From the IMG/VR virus record IMGVR_UViG_3300021408_000001, positions 68,905 to 132,904 of that record: a stretch of DNA of 64,000 bases; one strand, given 5' to 3'. Both the position numbers and the translations under genes were made by a program. The notes under the pieces are model-generated. The model was not told where the DNA came from and searched no databases. It saw nothing but the letters and a program-made list of their open reading frames with translations. Source of the DNA: a virus. Lineage: Duplodnaviria > Caudoviricetes. Of the stretch, positions 19,219 through 30,267 are shown piece by piece (the stretch's first letter is position 1; each line of letters begins with the position of its first letter).

Positions 19219-19910
19219 TCGTTAGCACACACTGAGGGCACCTATCATTGATAGGTGCTCAAATGTTTGTACTAACGACAGGGAGAGGTAATGGCGTACG
19301 ATTACGGTGATGACGAGCGCGAGATGTGGGTTAGTAACGATCTAAGTCTTTATCTTGCCTGGCAGAATTCTGGCATTCCAATTGAGGATTATGTTAGAGA
19401 TAATCGAACCCAGCTCGATGAGTACATCGATCGGCATATTCGATGAGTAGTATTGATACGCTTTATGTAGTTCGTGCCGATATGAATGACGGTTCCGTAA
19501 AGACGTTTGGGACATTCACAGAACTAGAGGCTTACCAATTCGCTGATAGCCTAGATGATCTAGGTCTTCCAGCCTTAGCGGTGCCTCTTACTCATGTGCC
19601 TAAGTGGTGGAAGTATGTTGAGTGAATTTCTTCACTGACGATTTAAGCGGTTTGCCGTACAAGCTGAGAGATACTGTTAGTCTCAATGGATTAGCTGGTA
19701 CCGTAGATGGTATAGGAATTCGCCACATTGAATTCCGGGGTACATACCATCCCTACTTAGTGCTACTAATTCGCTGGAAGGACGGTACGCGCTCTGAGTT
19801 GGGCGGCAACGAACTATACCAATTGTTGGAAGAGGATGATTAGTACTAGCTGAGGGTGCACAGAACTTCTGTGCATCCGATTGCTGTTACTAAAAGCAGG
19901 GAAAGGGAAT

Positions 19911-20081
19911 ATGGACAAAGATGTGTTCGCGCAAGCCATTGGCTTTGCTGATATCCTTGATGCCTCGCAGGCTCTTATCGATGTGATTGAGACGCCGCAT
20001 GCTACGCAAAGAGATATCATCAACTTCAAGGATAAGTTGAAGCGAGCTATTGCTGATAACGGGTTTGGTCCTCAGGGATGA
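19911..20081 (+). CDS. hypothetical protein
   Basis: Element plus RBS; ATGA coupling downstream. Confidence 0.65.
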   Translation: MDKDVFAQAIGFADILDASQALIDVIETPHATQRDIINFKDKLKRAIADNGFGPQG

Positions 20082-20296
20082 AAGACCAAATCAAACTCGA
20101 TAGAATGGTGCTTTCATCTAGCACGCTGCCAGGTTATCGTGCAGTTTGGGAGCCTGCCGAAAGCGAGTTGACGATTGAGCATGGTGATGATGACTTATGG
20201 GAGCCAGTTGAGGTTGTACAAGTAGAGCGCTTAGGTTCTAAGTACACCATTATGATTGCCCAATCAAGGCTACAGAAGATCTACGATAGTTTCTAG
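20078..20296 (+). CDS. hypothetical protein
   Basis: ATGA overlap; TAG in next element. Confidence 0.65.
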   Translation: MKDQIKLDRMVLSSSTLPGYRAVWEPAESELTIEHGDDDLWEPVEVVQVERLGSKYTIMIAQSRLQKIYDSF

Positions 20297-20371
20297 TACT
20301 AGCTGAGGATACACAGGTCCCCCTGTGTATCCGATTGTTAGTGTTAGCCAAATGGGAAAGGGAGAAAGCAA

Positions 20372-20620
20372 ATGAATACGTTTACTGTTGACCGTAAGGT
20401 TCGTACTGGTCATGGATCTAGTGAGAGCGAGCACGTGGACTACACTGTGCTCGCTCTCACCGGCCCTGAGGCTGCCAGGGTGGCCGACCACGCGAAGGCC
20501 ACTGAGGAGGCTCGTAGGGGCCTTGTGAAGGCCCCTGACGACGTGCCCAGTAGGCTCACGCAGCGTATCCCCCGGGTGACGCTCTACAGGGGCAAGCTTA
20601 AGATTGCTAGCAATTACTAA
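20372..20620 (+). CDS. hypothetical protein
   Basis: Element plus RBS. Confidence 0.7.
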   Translation: MNTFTVDRKVRTGHGSSESEHVDYTVLALTGPEAARVADHAKATEEARRGLVKAPDDVPSRLTQRIPRVTLYRGKLKIASNY

Positions 20621-20859
20621 TGCGACTTGAGGTTGCAACCTTTACGTACTGGTCGCATGCTAACTTGCCTAGTAGGTATTACGTCGTTAGGCGTGATGCT
20701 GAGGGCAAGGAACCGCGAGGGTACGTCTACATCTATGCAAACAAGTCAGATGTCAAGACGTTTCGCAAGCCGCTAGAAATTCGTGAATTTCTTAGTGCTG
20801 CTGACGCTATGACGTTTGCACTTGTGGATAACGGTTGGGGTGAGGTAGTTTCTAGTTAG
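20620..20859 (+). CDS. hypothetical protein
   Basis: TAATG coupling; stop in next element. Confidence 0.7.
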   Translation: MRLEVATFTYWSHANLPSRYYVVRRDAEGKEPRGYVYIYANKSDVKTFRKPLEIREFLSAADAMTFALVDNGWGEVVSS

Positions 20860-20922
20860 CACTGAGAGTGCACAGGGTTCCTGTGCACTCGATTGAGCTA
20901 ATTGGATAAGGGAAGGGGACAT

Positions 20923-21180
20923 ATGCGAACAGATAACGGCAACGTCATCATGACCAGCAAGGAATATGATGACGAGTATCTAGGCAACCTGGTTAAGGGC
21001 TATGCTCGCGGCCGTCTAGATGCTGATAATGTTGAGGCTCATAAGGCAATGTTGATTATAGGATTTCATGAATTCTTTATGAAGCGGCGATACGACTACC
21101 CACGAAACAGTGATTGGGCCACTGCGTGGGATCATTACGTCATGAGTCTAGAGTTGCTAAGGGCTATGAAATACCGCTAG
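20923..21180 (+). CDS. hypothetical protein
   Basis: Element plus RBS; GYARGRLDA resembles FYAYGRMDE in 25343 ORF. Confidence 0.7.
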   Translation: MRTDNGNVIMTSKEYDDEYLGNLVKGYARGRLDADNVEAHKAMLIIGFHEFFMKRRYDYPRNSDWATAWDHYVMSLELLRAMKYR

Positions 21181-21262
21181 TGTAATCTGAGAACATTCAT
21201 CGTTGATGAATGTTCGATTGTTTGCACTGGGCAAACGTGTAATAGGGAAAGGGAAAAAGTAA

Positions 21263-21607
21263 ATGAATAGTGTTAGCCCGGAGGAACTGACGGCCAATAC
21301 CTTTGCTGCTGTTAAGGCGCAGTGGCCTGGTATTACGGAGAAAAGTCTTCGTATTAGTCCTTTCGAGGATAATACTCTCCTCCTGCTGATCGGCAGTCCG
21401 TATTCTCTCTACTCGTTCACTACGCAGGATCGGATTGATAGTGCCGAGTTGAGTGGTGCTATTCCTGAGCAGTTGGGGGTTATCATCAACGATAGTACTG
21501 GTGAGATTGAAGTCTTCGCTGACTTTGACGCTTTCCAGGAGCGCTTTGAAGCTATTGTTCGGGGCGCGACTATCACCAACACTGACAATGGGATTATGTC
21601 CGTCTAG
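21263..21607 (+). CDS. hypothetical protein
   Basis: Element plus RBS; TAG in next element. Confidence 0.8.
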   Translation: MNSVSPEELTANTFAAVKAQWPGITEKSLRISPFEDNTLLLLIGSPYSLYSFTTQDRIDSAELSGAIPEQLGVIINDSTGEIEVFADFDAFQERFEAIVRGATITNTDNGIMSV

Positions 21608-21679
21608 TACAAGCTGAGGGCACACAGGAATAACCCTGTGTGTCCAATTGCTCGTAATTGGACGATCACAGGGAAAGGA

Positions 21680-22066
21680 ATGATGCACGAAGATAATGAT
21701 TACACCTGGGCGGATAATTCAACCCAGTATGAGGAAGCTGAATTCTCGCAAGCAACCGCGTATGTCCATGATTTGGCTATATCGTTTGCTGATGAGCATG
21801 TCGGATCATCGGACGATCTAGGTCGATATCACCTTGTTTATCTTGATTTGCGTCAAATTGACAAGGTAGTAGAGCTTGGTTGGAAGAGGGACGCAGACGC
21901 GGCCCCTGAGTCAAAGCCTACTGCTGTTATCGTTGTGGAGCATCCACAAGGTAACGTTACTGCGGCTTTCTATGACTCAGAAGAACCAATCCAATTGGAT
22001 TGGGACGAGATCCTAGACATGTATGAGGGTTACGACGTAAAGAATTCACCCGGGGAGATCCACTAA
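21680..22066 (+). CDS. acidic hypothetical protein
   Basis: Element plus RBS. Confidence 0.75.
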   Translation: MMHEDNDYTWADNSTQYEEAEFSQATAYVHDLAISFADEHVGSSDDLGRYHLVYLDLRQIDKVVELGWKRDADAAPESKPTAVIVVEHPQGNVTAAFYDSEEPIQLDWDEILDMYEGYDVKNSPGEIH

Positions 22067-22245
22067 TGGACGCAAATCCATTTAGTATTGGTCAAATCAT
22101 CGCATACGAGCAAGGTGAGCTAGACGACGAAGCAACTATAGAACTGTTTCAAGGTCTAGTCGATAGTGGCATGGCTTGGCAGTTGCAGGGGCACTACGGC
22201 CGAACGGCTACGGCTCTGATTGATGCGGGACTAGTAAATGGATGA
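22066..22245 (+). CDS. small hypothetical phage protein (59 aa)
   Basis: TAATG coupling; FQGLVDSGMAWQLQGHYGRTA motif that I recall from small phage proteins. Confidence 0.65.
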   Translation: MDANPFSIGQIIAYEQGELDDEATIELFQGLVDSGMAWQLQGHYGRTATALIDAGLVNG

Positions 22246-22491
22246 CGCATCACTTATGCGATCCTACAAGGCAGAGATTGATATGTATAGGAACTCGGTC
22301 GTTCAGATACTAAATCTAACTCATGGTCGTAAGCGGATTGATGCTGACGAAGTGCGTAGGCTCGCAGAGCAAGCGCATGAGGAAAGTAACCGGTTATCAC
22401 GACTCCGAAGGCAAGGTTAGTACCTATTGAGGACACTCAGGCTAACTGAGTGTCCGATTGTAGCTATTAAACAAAGGGAAAGGGAATATAA

Positions 22492-22692
22492 GTGAGTATG
22501 TTTCCAGGTCCGGGCGCTCGCGTTGATTACAACGAGGCGGGTGAGCCTATCGGTTGGGACTATCCATCGGAAGATGACGATATCTATCCGGGATATGATG
22601 TTGCATACGATCGTGACGACGATGATGACGACATCTGGGAGACTAGATGGGCGCGTCAGGAGCTAGAGCGTCAGCGAGAAGAGGGCAATTAG
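22492..22692 (+). CDS. highly acidic small protein
   Basis: Element plus RBS; poly-Asp run; TAG in next element. Confidence 0.7.
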   Translation: MSMFPGPGARVDYNEAGEPIGWDYPSEDDDIYPGYDVAYDRDDDDDDIWETRWARQELERQREEGN

Positions 22693-22765
22693 CACTTGCT
22701 GAGAGTACCTATCAATGATAGGTACTCAATTGTTAGTACTAATACAAAGGGAAAGGGTTAAGATA

Positions 22766-22984
22766 ATGGCACGCAAGGTATTTAAGGCAGCTTACGTACT
22801 TCCTATGGCCGCCGGCCACAGCTACGGCGAGCTTTACACAGATATTGCTATTGATAAGGCTCTCTTGGGGTATCAAAGGGAGCATGGCCACATTGATTAC
22901 GACAGTCTTGTCGTGACATTGCGGTTCACTCCTACTGATATTCTCGTTGATGTTGATAGCGAGGAGGAGAAAGTTGGCGCGTAA
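22766..22984 (+). CDS. hypothetical protein
   Basis: Element plus RBS. Confidence 0.7.
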   Translation: MARKVFKAAYVLPMAAGHSYGELYTDIAIDKALLGYQREHGHIDYDSLVVTLRFTPTDILVDVDSEEEKVGA

Positions 22985-24076
22985 TGGATTCCCCCTACCC
23001 AATGACTACCTTCTCTTAGAGCGTAATGTTGGCAATGAGATGGTTCTTAGTGGTCTAGTGGTTGCCTCTGTGCACTACGATGATAACAATGATTCCGCTA
23101 CGATTCTAGTACTTAACCCTATCTCACCGTACTTTACGGTGATGAATGTTAAGTACCGGTATTCTCATGATAAGGATTCTGCATTTGAAATCGTTCAGGT
23201 TTTCCATGCGGAGAATCATCTAAACATCGTCACTGCGGTGGAGAGTTATCAGGAGTGGGGAGGCGATATCTAGTGGCCAGGATTTGGATTGGTAAGGCGT
23301 TTCTTGGCGATAAGCAAATCACTGAGACAACCTTTACCGAGGATGAAGATAGCCAACGGTGGTTGGAACACTTCATAAGTGATGCTCGCAATAACCATCA
23401 TCCCGCATTTAGTTATGTGGTTGCTGAGTATGAACTTCTCAATACTGAGACGATCGTTCCAGCGCACCCCATGACTCTTAAAGAATTGGGGCTTTAGTGG
23501 CAGTGATTCGTCAGACGCGAGTCTACGATCTTAGGCAGGGCGATGAGTTCTCCTTTGACGCTGATATCTACAAGTCAACTCGTTATACGATTGACGAGAT
23601 CACACCTGACCATCGCTCTAGACCATTCAATCACCTCGTAACGAAGATTGTTACTACTAGAAAGAATGTGGCGCAGGTTCGGCTAGACTTTGATGTCTGG
23701 GAAATTTCTGACAATCAAACTCTAGTCTGGGTCATAGGCTAGTACATACTGAGGATGCTTAGCTAAGCTAAGCATCCAATTGTCTGTATTAGAAAGGGAA
23801 AGGAATATGGCTACAGGAAACGTTCAAGTGGTAATCAAGGTCGTTCGTACTCCCGAATTTAAGCTATGGATGCAACGATTGCGCTTTGATGCTGCAATTG
23901 ATGCCATTCTCCGTAAGAGGTCATAGATGTGTTAGGTCCCATCGTTGGATGGTCGATCATTATCGCATGTGTCTCATTGATCTTGTGGATCATCATCCAG
24001 AATGTTAGTGACCATAGGCATCATAAGCAGATAGGTAAGTGGCTCAACGATAGAGCTGCTGAGGAGAAGAAAAAGC

Positions 24077-24433
24077 GTGGATAAGTTCTATGTTGGCAAG
24101 AATCTAACGGAAGCTAGAATGCGTGTGCCATTTGATTCCAATCAAGCGGCTCATGCTTATGCTTCGCAACTTGGGTTGAATGTGTATACCCATGGTGAAG
24201 CGTTTCCGCATGATGACTCTGATAGTTATGAGAATCGTCATGATCCCGGACCTAGCATGATCGAAGTGGAGCATGTAGCACTAGCTATTGCTGAGGCACC
24301 ACATGCGTTTGCTGGTACTGAGGGTATCAAGCTCTTTGTTGATAACCTCATCCATGTGCTGAGTCAAGATGGCGCTTTGCGTGATCGTGATCGAATGCAC
24401 GATGAACTGATGCACTACATGATTAGGCAGTAG
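24077..24433 (+). CDS. hypothetical protein
   Basis: GAGGAG upstream; TAG in next element. Confidence 0.7.
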   Translation: MDKFYVGKNLTEARMRVPFDSNQAAHAYASQLGLNVYTHGEAFPHDDSDSYENRHDPGPSMIEVEHVALAIAEAPHAFAGTEGIKLFVDNLIHVLSQDGALRDRDRMHDELMHYMIRQ

Positions 24434-24498
24434 TAATTGAGAATGCACAGTAGGCCTGTGCATTCAATTGTTATTACTGATTGAAGGGAAAGGGAAGC

Positions 24499-24684
24499 AT
24501 GACACTTAAGCATAAGTCGGTTAAAAAGACGTTCAATAAACCAGGGGCGAACTTTGGCCAAGTCAAAGAGTTTCTTAATTCTATTGATGACGCTCCTGAT
24601 GATGCGTACGTAAGTATCCAAAGCTATTACTGGTCTAGTACACGCATCAAGTGGGTTGAAGTTTCTTGGGATGTAGATGAATGA
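24499..24684 (+). CDS. hypothetical protein
   Basis: Element plus RBS; ATGA coupling. Confidence 0.7.
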   Translation: MTLKHKSVKKTFNKPGANFGQVKEFLNSIDDAPDDAYVSIQSYYWSSTRIKWVEVSWDVDE

Positions 24685-25109
24685 ATCTCGGTGATGCTGC
24701 CATTTTGGCTAGAGACCTAATGAATTACCATGGACTCATTGATTGGAATCTTGATTTCGATCGAGCTAAGAGGCGTTTCGGGCAAGCTAAATTCGATACC
24801 AAGACCATTAGTCTCAGTGTACCACTTGTTATTAGGAACAATGAGATTGATGTTGGCGAAACTATTAGGCATGAGATTGCTCATGCTTTAGTTGGTCATA
24901 GTCATGGTCACGATGACGTGTGGCGTGACAAGGCTCTTAGCATTGGGTCTAATGGTAAGGTTACTTACGACGGGAATAAGATAGAAACTCCTGTAGGTAA
25001 GTGGATTGGTGTCTGCGAACTTGGCCATAGAACTAGGCCTAGGCACCGGCGAGGTAATCTAGTGTGTAAGAAGGACCTAACGTCAATCAGGTGGGTTGAG
25101 AACAAATGA
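24681..25109 (+). CDS. SprT-like Zn metalloprotease
   Basis: AKRRFG..ISLS..TIRHEIAHAL..HGHDDVW. Confidence 0.85.
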   Translation: MNLGDAAILARDLMNYHGLIDWNLDFDRAKRRFGQAKFDTKTISLSVPLVIRNNEIDVGETIRHEIAHALVGHSHGHDDVWRDKALSIGSNGKVTYDGNKIETPVGKWIGVCELGHRTRPRHRRGNLVCKKDLTSIRWVENK

Positions 25110-25342
25110 AGACATATGTCATTAACTATATTCTAGAAAGTGTGCCTGAGCGAGTGGTTGAGGCTGAGTTTATGGAATATAGTAGGGATGGGTTCACGTT
25201 CTTTAATAATGGAGTGGAGCCTGGTCCTTTCTTGTTTATTCATAAGTCGGCTATCAAATCGCTAGAGCGCGAGTAGTACTAGCTGAGGGTACACAGGACT
25301 CCTGTATACCCAATTGTTAATACTGCCGGGAAGGGGAATAGC

Positions 25343-25582
25343 ATGACCAAAGCACAAGACGAACGTCACTATGACAAATTCCAACGAACCATGGCTAGGT
25401 TCTATGCCTATGGTCGTATGGATGAGGCTATGATGGGAGATAGCCTAGACGGTATCAATGTCGTTGATAGGTTTGTAGAATTCTTCCTAAATAGCACGAC
25501 ACCATCAGTAAGACTTGCGTGGATTATGTATCACGCGACACTAGTTGAACTACAGGAAGCTGGATACACGTCTCATACGTAG
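25343..25582 (+). CDS. hypothetical protein
   Basis: Element plus RBS; TAG in next element. Confidence 0.7.
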   Translation: MTKAQDERHYDKFQRTMARFYAYGRMDEAMMGDSLDGINVVDRFVEFFLNSTTPSVRLAWIMYHATLVELQEAGYTSHT

Positions 25583-25874
25583 TGATAGCTAAGAGCTAGC
25601 AATCTTGAGATTGCTAGCTCGACTGTTAGCACTGCACGATGTCAGGGCTAGCCGGGCAGGTTGGAATCCAGCCTGACCACGATAGAATCCAGTACAGCCA
25701 GTACAACCCGGGAATAACAGACCATAGGTTGTGGTTGTACGGGTTAGGCGCTACACTAGTTGGTGCCTGAGAGGGTACGGAATTCAACCCCGCACTCTCA
25801 ACTGGCGCAAGCTAGCGTCAAGAGAAGTAATACCAACCAACAACGAAACCCAAAAGGGAAGGGAATAACACAAA

Positions 25875-26147
25875 ATGGCAAACACGACTGAGAAGACGAG
25901 TAAGGCCAACGAGGCTAAGGACGCCGAGGCGACCGAGGTTGAGGCCAGCGAGACGAACGACAGCGCCGATCTGGTGCCCGTTCTTTTCAAGGTCACCCCG
26001 GCCCAGCGTGCGTCGCTGAAGCTGGTCGCCGCGGCTGAGGACAGCACCCTTCAGGGCCTGTTCGCCCGGCTGACCGAGGCTGTCATCGCTGAGAACAAGG
26101 TGTGGCTGGACGTGGTCAACGCCCGCCGCACGCAGGCTGCCGCCTAA
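25875..26147 (+). CDS. possible RHH-type DNA-binding protein with acidic N-tail
   Basis: VPVLFKVTPAQRASLKLVAAAEDSTLQGL pattern; strongly G/C-ending codons; perfect RBS. Confidence 0.5.
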   Translation: MANTTEKTSKANEAKDAEATEVEASETNDSADLVPVLFKVTPAQRASLKLVAAAEDSTLQGLFARLTEAVIAENKVWLDVVNARRTQAAA

Positions 26148-26358
26148 CCAAAGGGTGTAGCTACTGCGGGGATAGGGACTTAGGTCCCTATCCCCAATTG
26201 TAGTTAAAGCTAGGATGCTAAGAGACTCAAGCTTATTAGAAGTCTTTGAGAGCATTTCTTACAGTCTGGGTCCCTAATACGGATGTCAGGCCATCCTTGT
26301 AACTACATAATATAAGGGTATATTTATAGGTAGCTAGAGTGAGCAAGCCTATATAAAT

Positions 26359-26391
26359 TAGGAGGGGATTAGCTTAGCTAATCCCCTCCTA
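26359..26391. terminator. perfect 15-bp hairpin, possible terminator
   Basis: TAGGAGGGGATTAGC-TTA-GCTAATCCCCTCCTA; no clear U-tract. Confidence 0.45.
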
Positions 26392-26413
26392 TTCGCATAC
26401 AGAAAAGGGAAAG

Positions 26414-26788
26414 ATGGATACGATTACAGTGTATCGGGTACTCGAAGTCGCTAAAGAATTAGTGGCTGAGAATCCCGATGCTATTAATCCTCGTGTTGCT
26501 ATGGATATGGCTTGTGCTTATGTTCGTAGGGATGATATCGAAAACCCTGCTAACGCAGCGCCCAACTGTTTCGGTGGAGCTATTCTCCTCCGACTCGGCC
26601 TAGGTTTACCAAAAGAGGGACATTTAGTAGATAAGAGTCCCGATGTAGACAGGTTATCAGACAATGCTATGAAGCTGCTTATGTATATGCAGTGGCATGC
26701 TGATACTAGCTTAGTCTGGTCAGAAGCCTTGCCTAAGGCGGTTGCTGAGTATAACCGGAACCATGAGGATGAGAGAATCAGCCTTTGA
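26414..26788 (+). CDS. hypothetical protein, paralog A1
   Basis: A.EIV..NP...NP..C.Y..C.GG..L.RL.L..P.E shared with next two ORFs. Confidence 0.8.
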   Translation: MDTITVYRVLEVAKELVAENPDAINPRVAMDMACAYVRRDDIENPANAAPNCFGGAILLRLGLGLPKEGHLVDKSPDVDRLSDNAMKLLMYMQWHADTSLVWSEALPKAVAEYNRNHEDERISL

Positions 26789-27156
26789 CTGACACACTGA
26801 TCACCATGGAACGTGTCAGGGAAGTAGCACAAGAGATTGTTGCTGAAACCCCTGACGCGACCAATCCTCGTGAGCATGGGGTTACAGGTACGTGCCTTTA
26901 CACTAGGCTTGATGGTGTTAATAATCCACCTAATGCTGCACCTAGGTGTCTTGGTGGTGAGGTTCTAGTTCGTCTAGGACTTAGACTTCCAGAGGAGGAT
27001 CAGCTAGTCAGTACCTCTCTAGATAAAGATAAGTTAGATATGTTCGCTATGGACTATCTATGGAGTTTACAGAATATTGCTGACCAGTCCTTTGGGCCAT
27101 GGTCAGATGTACTGGAAGAACTAGAGACAAGAATTGCAAGGGAGTCTGATGGTTGA
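26785..27156 (+). CDS. hypothetical protein, paralog A2
   Basis: Same motifs; overlapping start/stop. Confidence 0.8.
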   Translation: MTDTLITMERVREVAQEIVAETPDATNPREHGVTGTCLYTRLDGVNNPPNAAPRCLGGEVLVRLGLRLPEEDQLVSTSLDKDKLDMFAMDYLWSLQNIADQSFGPWSDVLEELETRIARESDG

Positions 27157-27541
27157 CAAGATCAAGTACAACCAGGTGTTAGGGTTAGCGCAAGAGATTG
27201 TTAATGCTAATCCTAACATGGTCAATCCACAGGGCCTTAATGGTGAGTGCGTTTATAGCAAGCTTCCTGGGTTCGATGACACCATCAATGTCGCTAATCG
27301 ATGCATCGGTGGTGAAATCCTGTCTCGTCTAGATCTCAGTATTCCACATGAGGGAACTACAGTTTATGAATCCCCAGATAGGTATAAACTAACCACTAGA
27401 GCAATGCAATTTCTAGCTGAACTACAGAGAATGGCGGACTATAGAGATCCGTCAACTCGTACGCCCCGACCTTGGGGTAAGGCGTTAGAGATAGCAATCT
27501 CTGCCTTCGCCGAATATGATGCACATCTAGAGGACGAGTAG
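27149..27541 (+). CDS. hypothetical protein, paralog A3
   Basis: Same motifs; TAG in next element. Confidence 0.8.
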   Translation: MVDKIKYNQVLGLAQEIVNANPNMVNPQGLNGECVYSKLPGFDDTINVANRCIGGEILSRLDLSIPHEGTTVYESPDRYKLTTRAMQFLAELQRMADYRDPSTRTPRPWGKALEIAISAFAEYDAHLEDE

Positions 27542-28266
27542 TAATTGAGGGCCGATCAGTCTATGATCGGCCCAATTGTTATTACTGGCGAAAAGAGAGG
27601 AGTTTTAGTGTTAGAGAACTTTGTAACATACGTCCTTAAGCTTCATAGAGACAACCCGGAGTGGAGGGAGGGTCAGGCGTTGTTTAATGCTCTGCAAGAA
27701 GAGCATCCTTCGCTTGCTGCTAGTGTTCGTGGTAGTCTTAATGATCCCTATTACGATGACAGTCGGATTGAAGCGTTCTGGGCCTATGTGGAGACGAATT
27801 GGAACCGGTAGTAGATAAGCGCCTAGCTATTGCTGAGAGCGAAGCAGTACTCATCGGCGCTATAGTTGATGAGACTAAAGAGGCACTTCGTACTCTCAAG
27901 GAAGATATCGAAGTACTAATTAACGGCTATAATTTGGACATTGCAAGGCTGACTTCGTTGCTTGCCGATACCGTAGCTGCTGCTGAGTACTACATGAAAA
28001 TTGTCATGAGGGATGATCCATCTTATCATGACATCTCAGATGGAATAATTCATGAACAAAGCATTGATAGGGTTAAGGATATTTTAGGTGTCTGAATGGA
28101 AACGCCACAACATTACTATGAAGCTCTGTTCTCGATGTGATAGTGTTGAGTTTATGTCAGAGCGAGGATGGCACTATTGGCGATGTGAGGAGTGTGGCGG
28201 TCGCATTCAAAAGACTGTTGAGGATAAAGAACTAATCAAGAAGTCGCAAAAGGGAAAGGGAAGAAA

Positions 28267-28893
28267 ATGACACTTGCAATTGAAGACGTTCTAGGTGCGG
28301 TGATTGGCTACACTCATGAGGAGCTTGCCGATGCACTGATTAGCACCATCAAGTCTTATGGCTTTAGTGTAGTTGCCAACACCGATCGGTTGAGGGAACT
28401 GTCACCTGATGACCAGATGGGCCATAAGGTAGTTGTTCCTGCTGGTGTGCCAGGAGAAATCTACGACCGGGAATTGGGCGGGCCTGGTGGGTTGACTTAT
28501 CACTCTGATAAGATTGTTGTTACTCGCGATGATCTTAGTTCTTACGATAGGGTTCGGGTTCTTAGTCATGAGCTAGCTCATGTTGTTCTTCACGGTAGGT
28601 TGAATGAGGGTGATCTAACCACCCATGAGAAGGTACTACTTCTTATGGGTGGTGCAGAAGTCATCACCATTAAGGGCGAGATTGAGGCAGAGCTTTCTTC
28701 GTACATGATCCTTACGTTGTATGGCATGGCTGATGGAGGTATCTCTGATGATTATATCCAGCATTACTTTGGCATGCTGCACCCTTTCTTTGCCATGAAG
28801 ATTAGGGAGGATGTCAGTAAGGTTGGTGCCAAATTCATCTTTGACATCATGCCTACAATCAACGGGTATCTTCTGGATCAGAAGAGCTATTAA
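28267..28893 (+). CDS. ImmA/IrrE-like HExxH metallopeptidase
   Basis: GGLTY..IVV..VLSHELAHVVLH..EIEAE. Confidence 0.7.
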   Translation: MTLAIEDVLGAVIGYTHEELADALISTIKSYGFSVVANTDRLRELSPDDQMGHKVVVPAGVPGEIYDRELGGPGGLTYHSDKIVVTRDDLSSYDRVRVLSHELAHVVLHGRLNEGDLTTHEKVLLLMGGAEVITIKGEIEAELSSYMILTLYGMADGGISDDYIQHYFGMLHPFFAMKIREDVSKVGAKFIFDIMPTINGYLLDQKSY

Positions 28894-29783
28894 GTAGCTG
28901 AGAGCCAACGAGTCTAACTCGTTGGCTCGATTGTTATTTGGAAGCAAAAGGGAAAGGGATAGGTAATGAGTAGATCATGTGCTTGTACTCATTCCGTAAG
29001 CGACCACAGGACGAAGCGAGAGGATGACTTTCCGGCTGGCTCCTGTAGGCTCTGCGCGTGTAGGGCCTACGATCGTGCCACTGACAGGCCGTTCGTCTCC
29101 CCCTGGCATTGACTAAAGGAAAGGGACAATGACAAAGTACGAATCTATTAAGTCTGTTTATGGTGCGTATGGTTCAACCTCTAATCATGAGCTAAGCAAG
29201 CTGCTCGAAGATGGTTGGGAGCCATTCGCTGTAACCGGCGACACTGGGTCTACGCCTGTTGTTTGGCTTAGGTTGCCTGCTAAAGAGCAGGGATCAATTA
29301 ATTTGTGATCCATAGAGCCGATTGCGATAAGCCCCATCGTTGCCCAGAATGCTGGACTATTCCTAATATCATTTGGGAAAAGCACGGTAGTGCAAAGTGG
29401 TGGTACATCTACACTTGTAGAAGTGGTCATAGATTCACCCGACTGCTGGGTAGAGATGGCAATTGGAAGATCCATTGGTACAGATTCAAGATTTGGTGGA
29501 AGCATCGAAATGAGTGACGATTACGGAACACACATTGAGGATGATGGTAGTCCTCAAATCATCGTAGTAGATGGAGAAGATCAGGGTCTATGGGTTCGTG
29601 TTGGTCCTATTTTCACTGGCGATGATGACAACCCTATTGATGCCGCGCCTGGTGTTTGGATTGATTACCAGGACACATACATGGGGTCGAAGCTAGAAGG
29701 CCCAGTGCTGATCCCTATTGATGTTTGGGATCATCTAGATACTTGGGTTAGAGCTAGAGCCGCTAAGTTTGATAAGGGTGGTT

Positions 29784-30257
29784 ATGCGCCCCGCAGTGAT
29801 ATTTGATCGCGACGGTACGCTAGCGTCTGTTAAGCACGTTGCACCAACAACTAAGGACAAGGGTGCATGGGCACAGTTCAACGCTGCTCTACCCTTTGAT
29901 GCACCGGTGCCGGTAGTTGCTGGACTGTTGCGAGCTATTCGACCAGACGTCACTAGAATTATGACATCTGGTCGTATGGCTGGTGACCGTGTTGGCGATG
30001 AGCATCGCTGGTATCAAATGCGCAACTGGCTAATCAAGCACGATTTACCCATTGACATATTGCTGATGCGTCAAGGTGGTGATACCCGCCTTGACTCCAT
30101 CGTAAAGGAGGAGATGTATAGACAAATCTCTAAGCGTTACGATGTGCGATATGTTGTAGATGATAGACCTGCGGTAGTACAAATGTGGCGCTCGCTAGGA
30201 CTGCCAGTGCTAGCGGTTACCGATCCAGGTATTCTTCCGCCTATCGCAATGATGTGA
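29784..30257 (+). CDS. HAD phosphatase, polynucleotide kinase-phosphatase (PseT C-terminal) type
   Basis: IFDRDGTLA, TSGR, LLMR..GDTRLDSIVKEE, VDDRPAVVQMWRSLGL. Confidence 0.85.
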   Translation: MRPAVIFDRDGTLASVKHVAPTTKDKGAWAQFNAALPFDAPVPVVAGLLRAIRPDVTRIMTSGRMAGDRVGDEHRWYQMRNWLIKHDLPIDILLMRQGGDTRLDSIVKEEMYRQISKRYDVRYVVDDRPAVVQMWRSLGLPVLAVTDPGILPPIAMM

Positions 30258-30267
30258 AGAGGGATAA

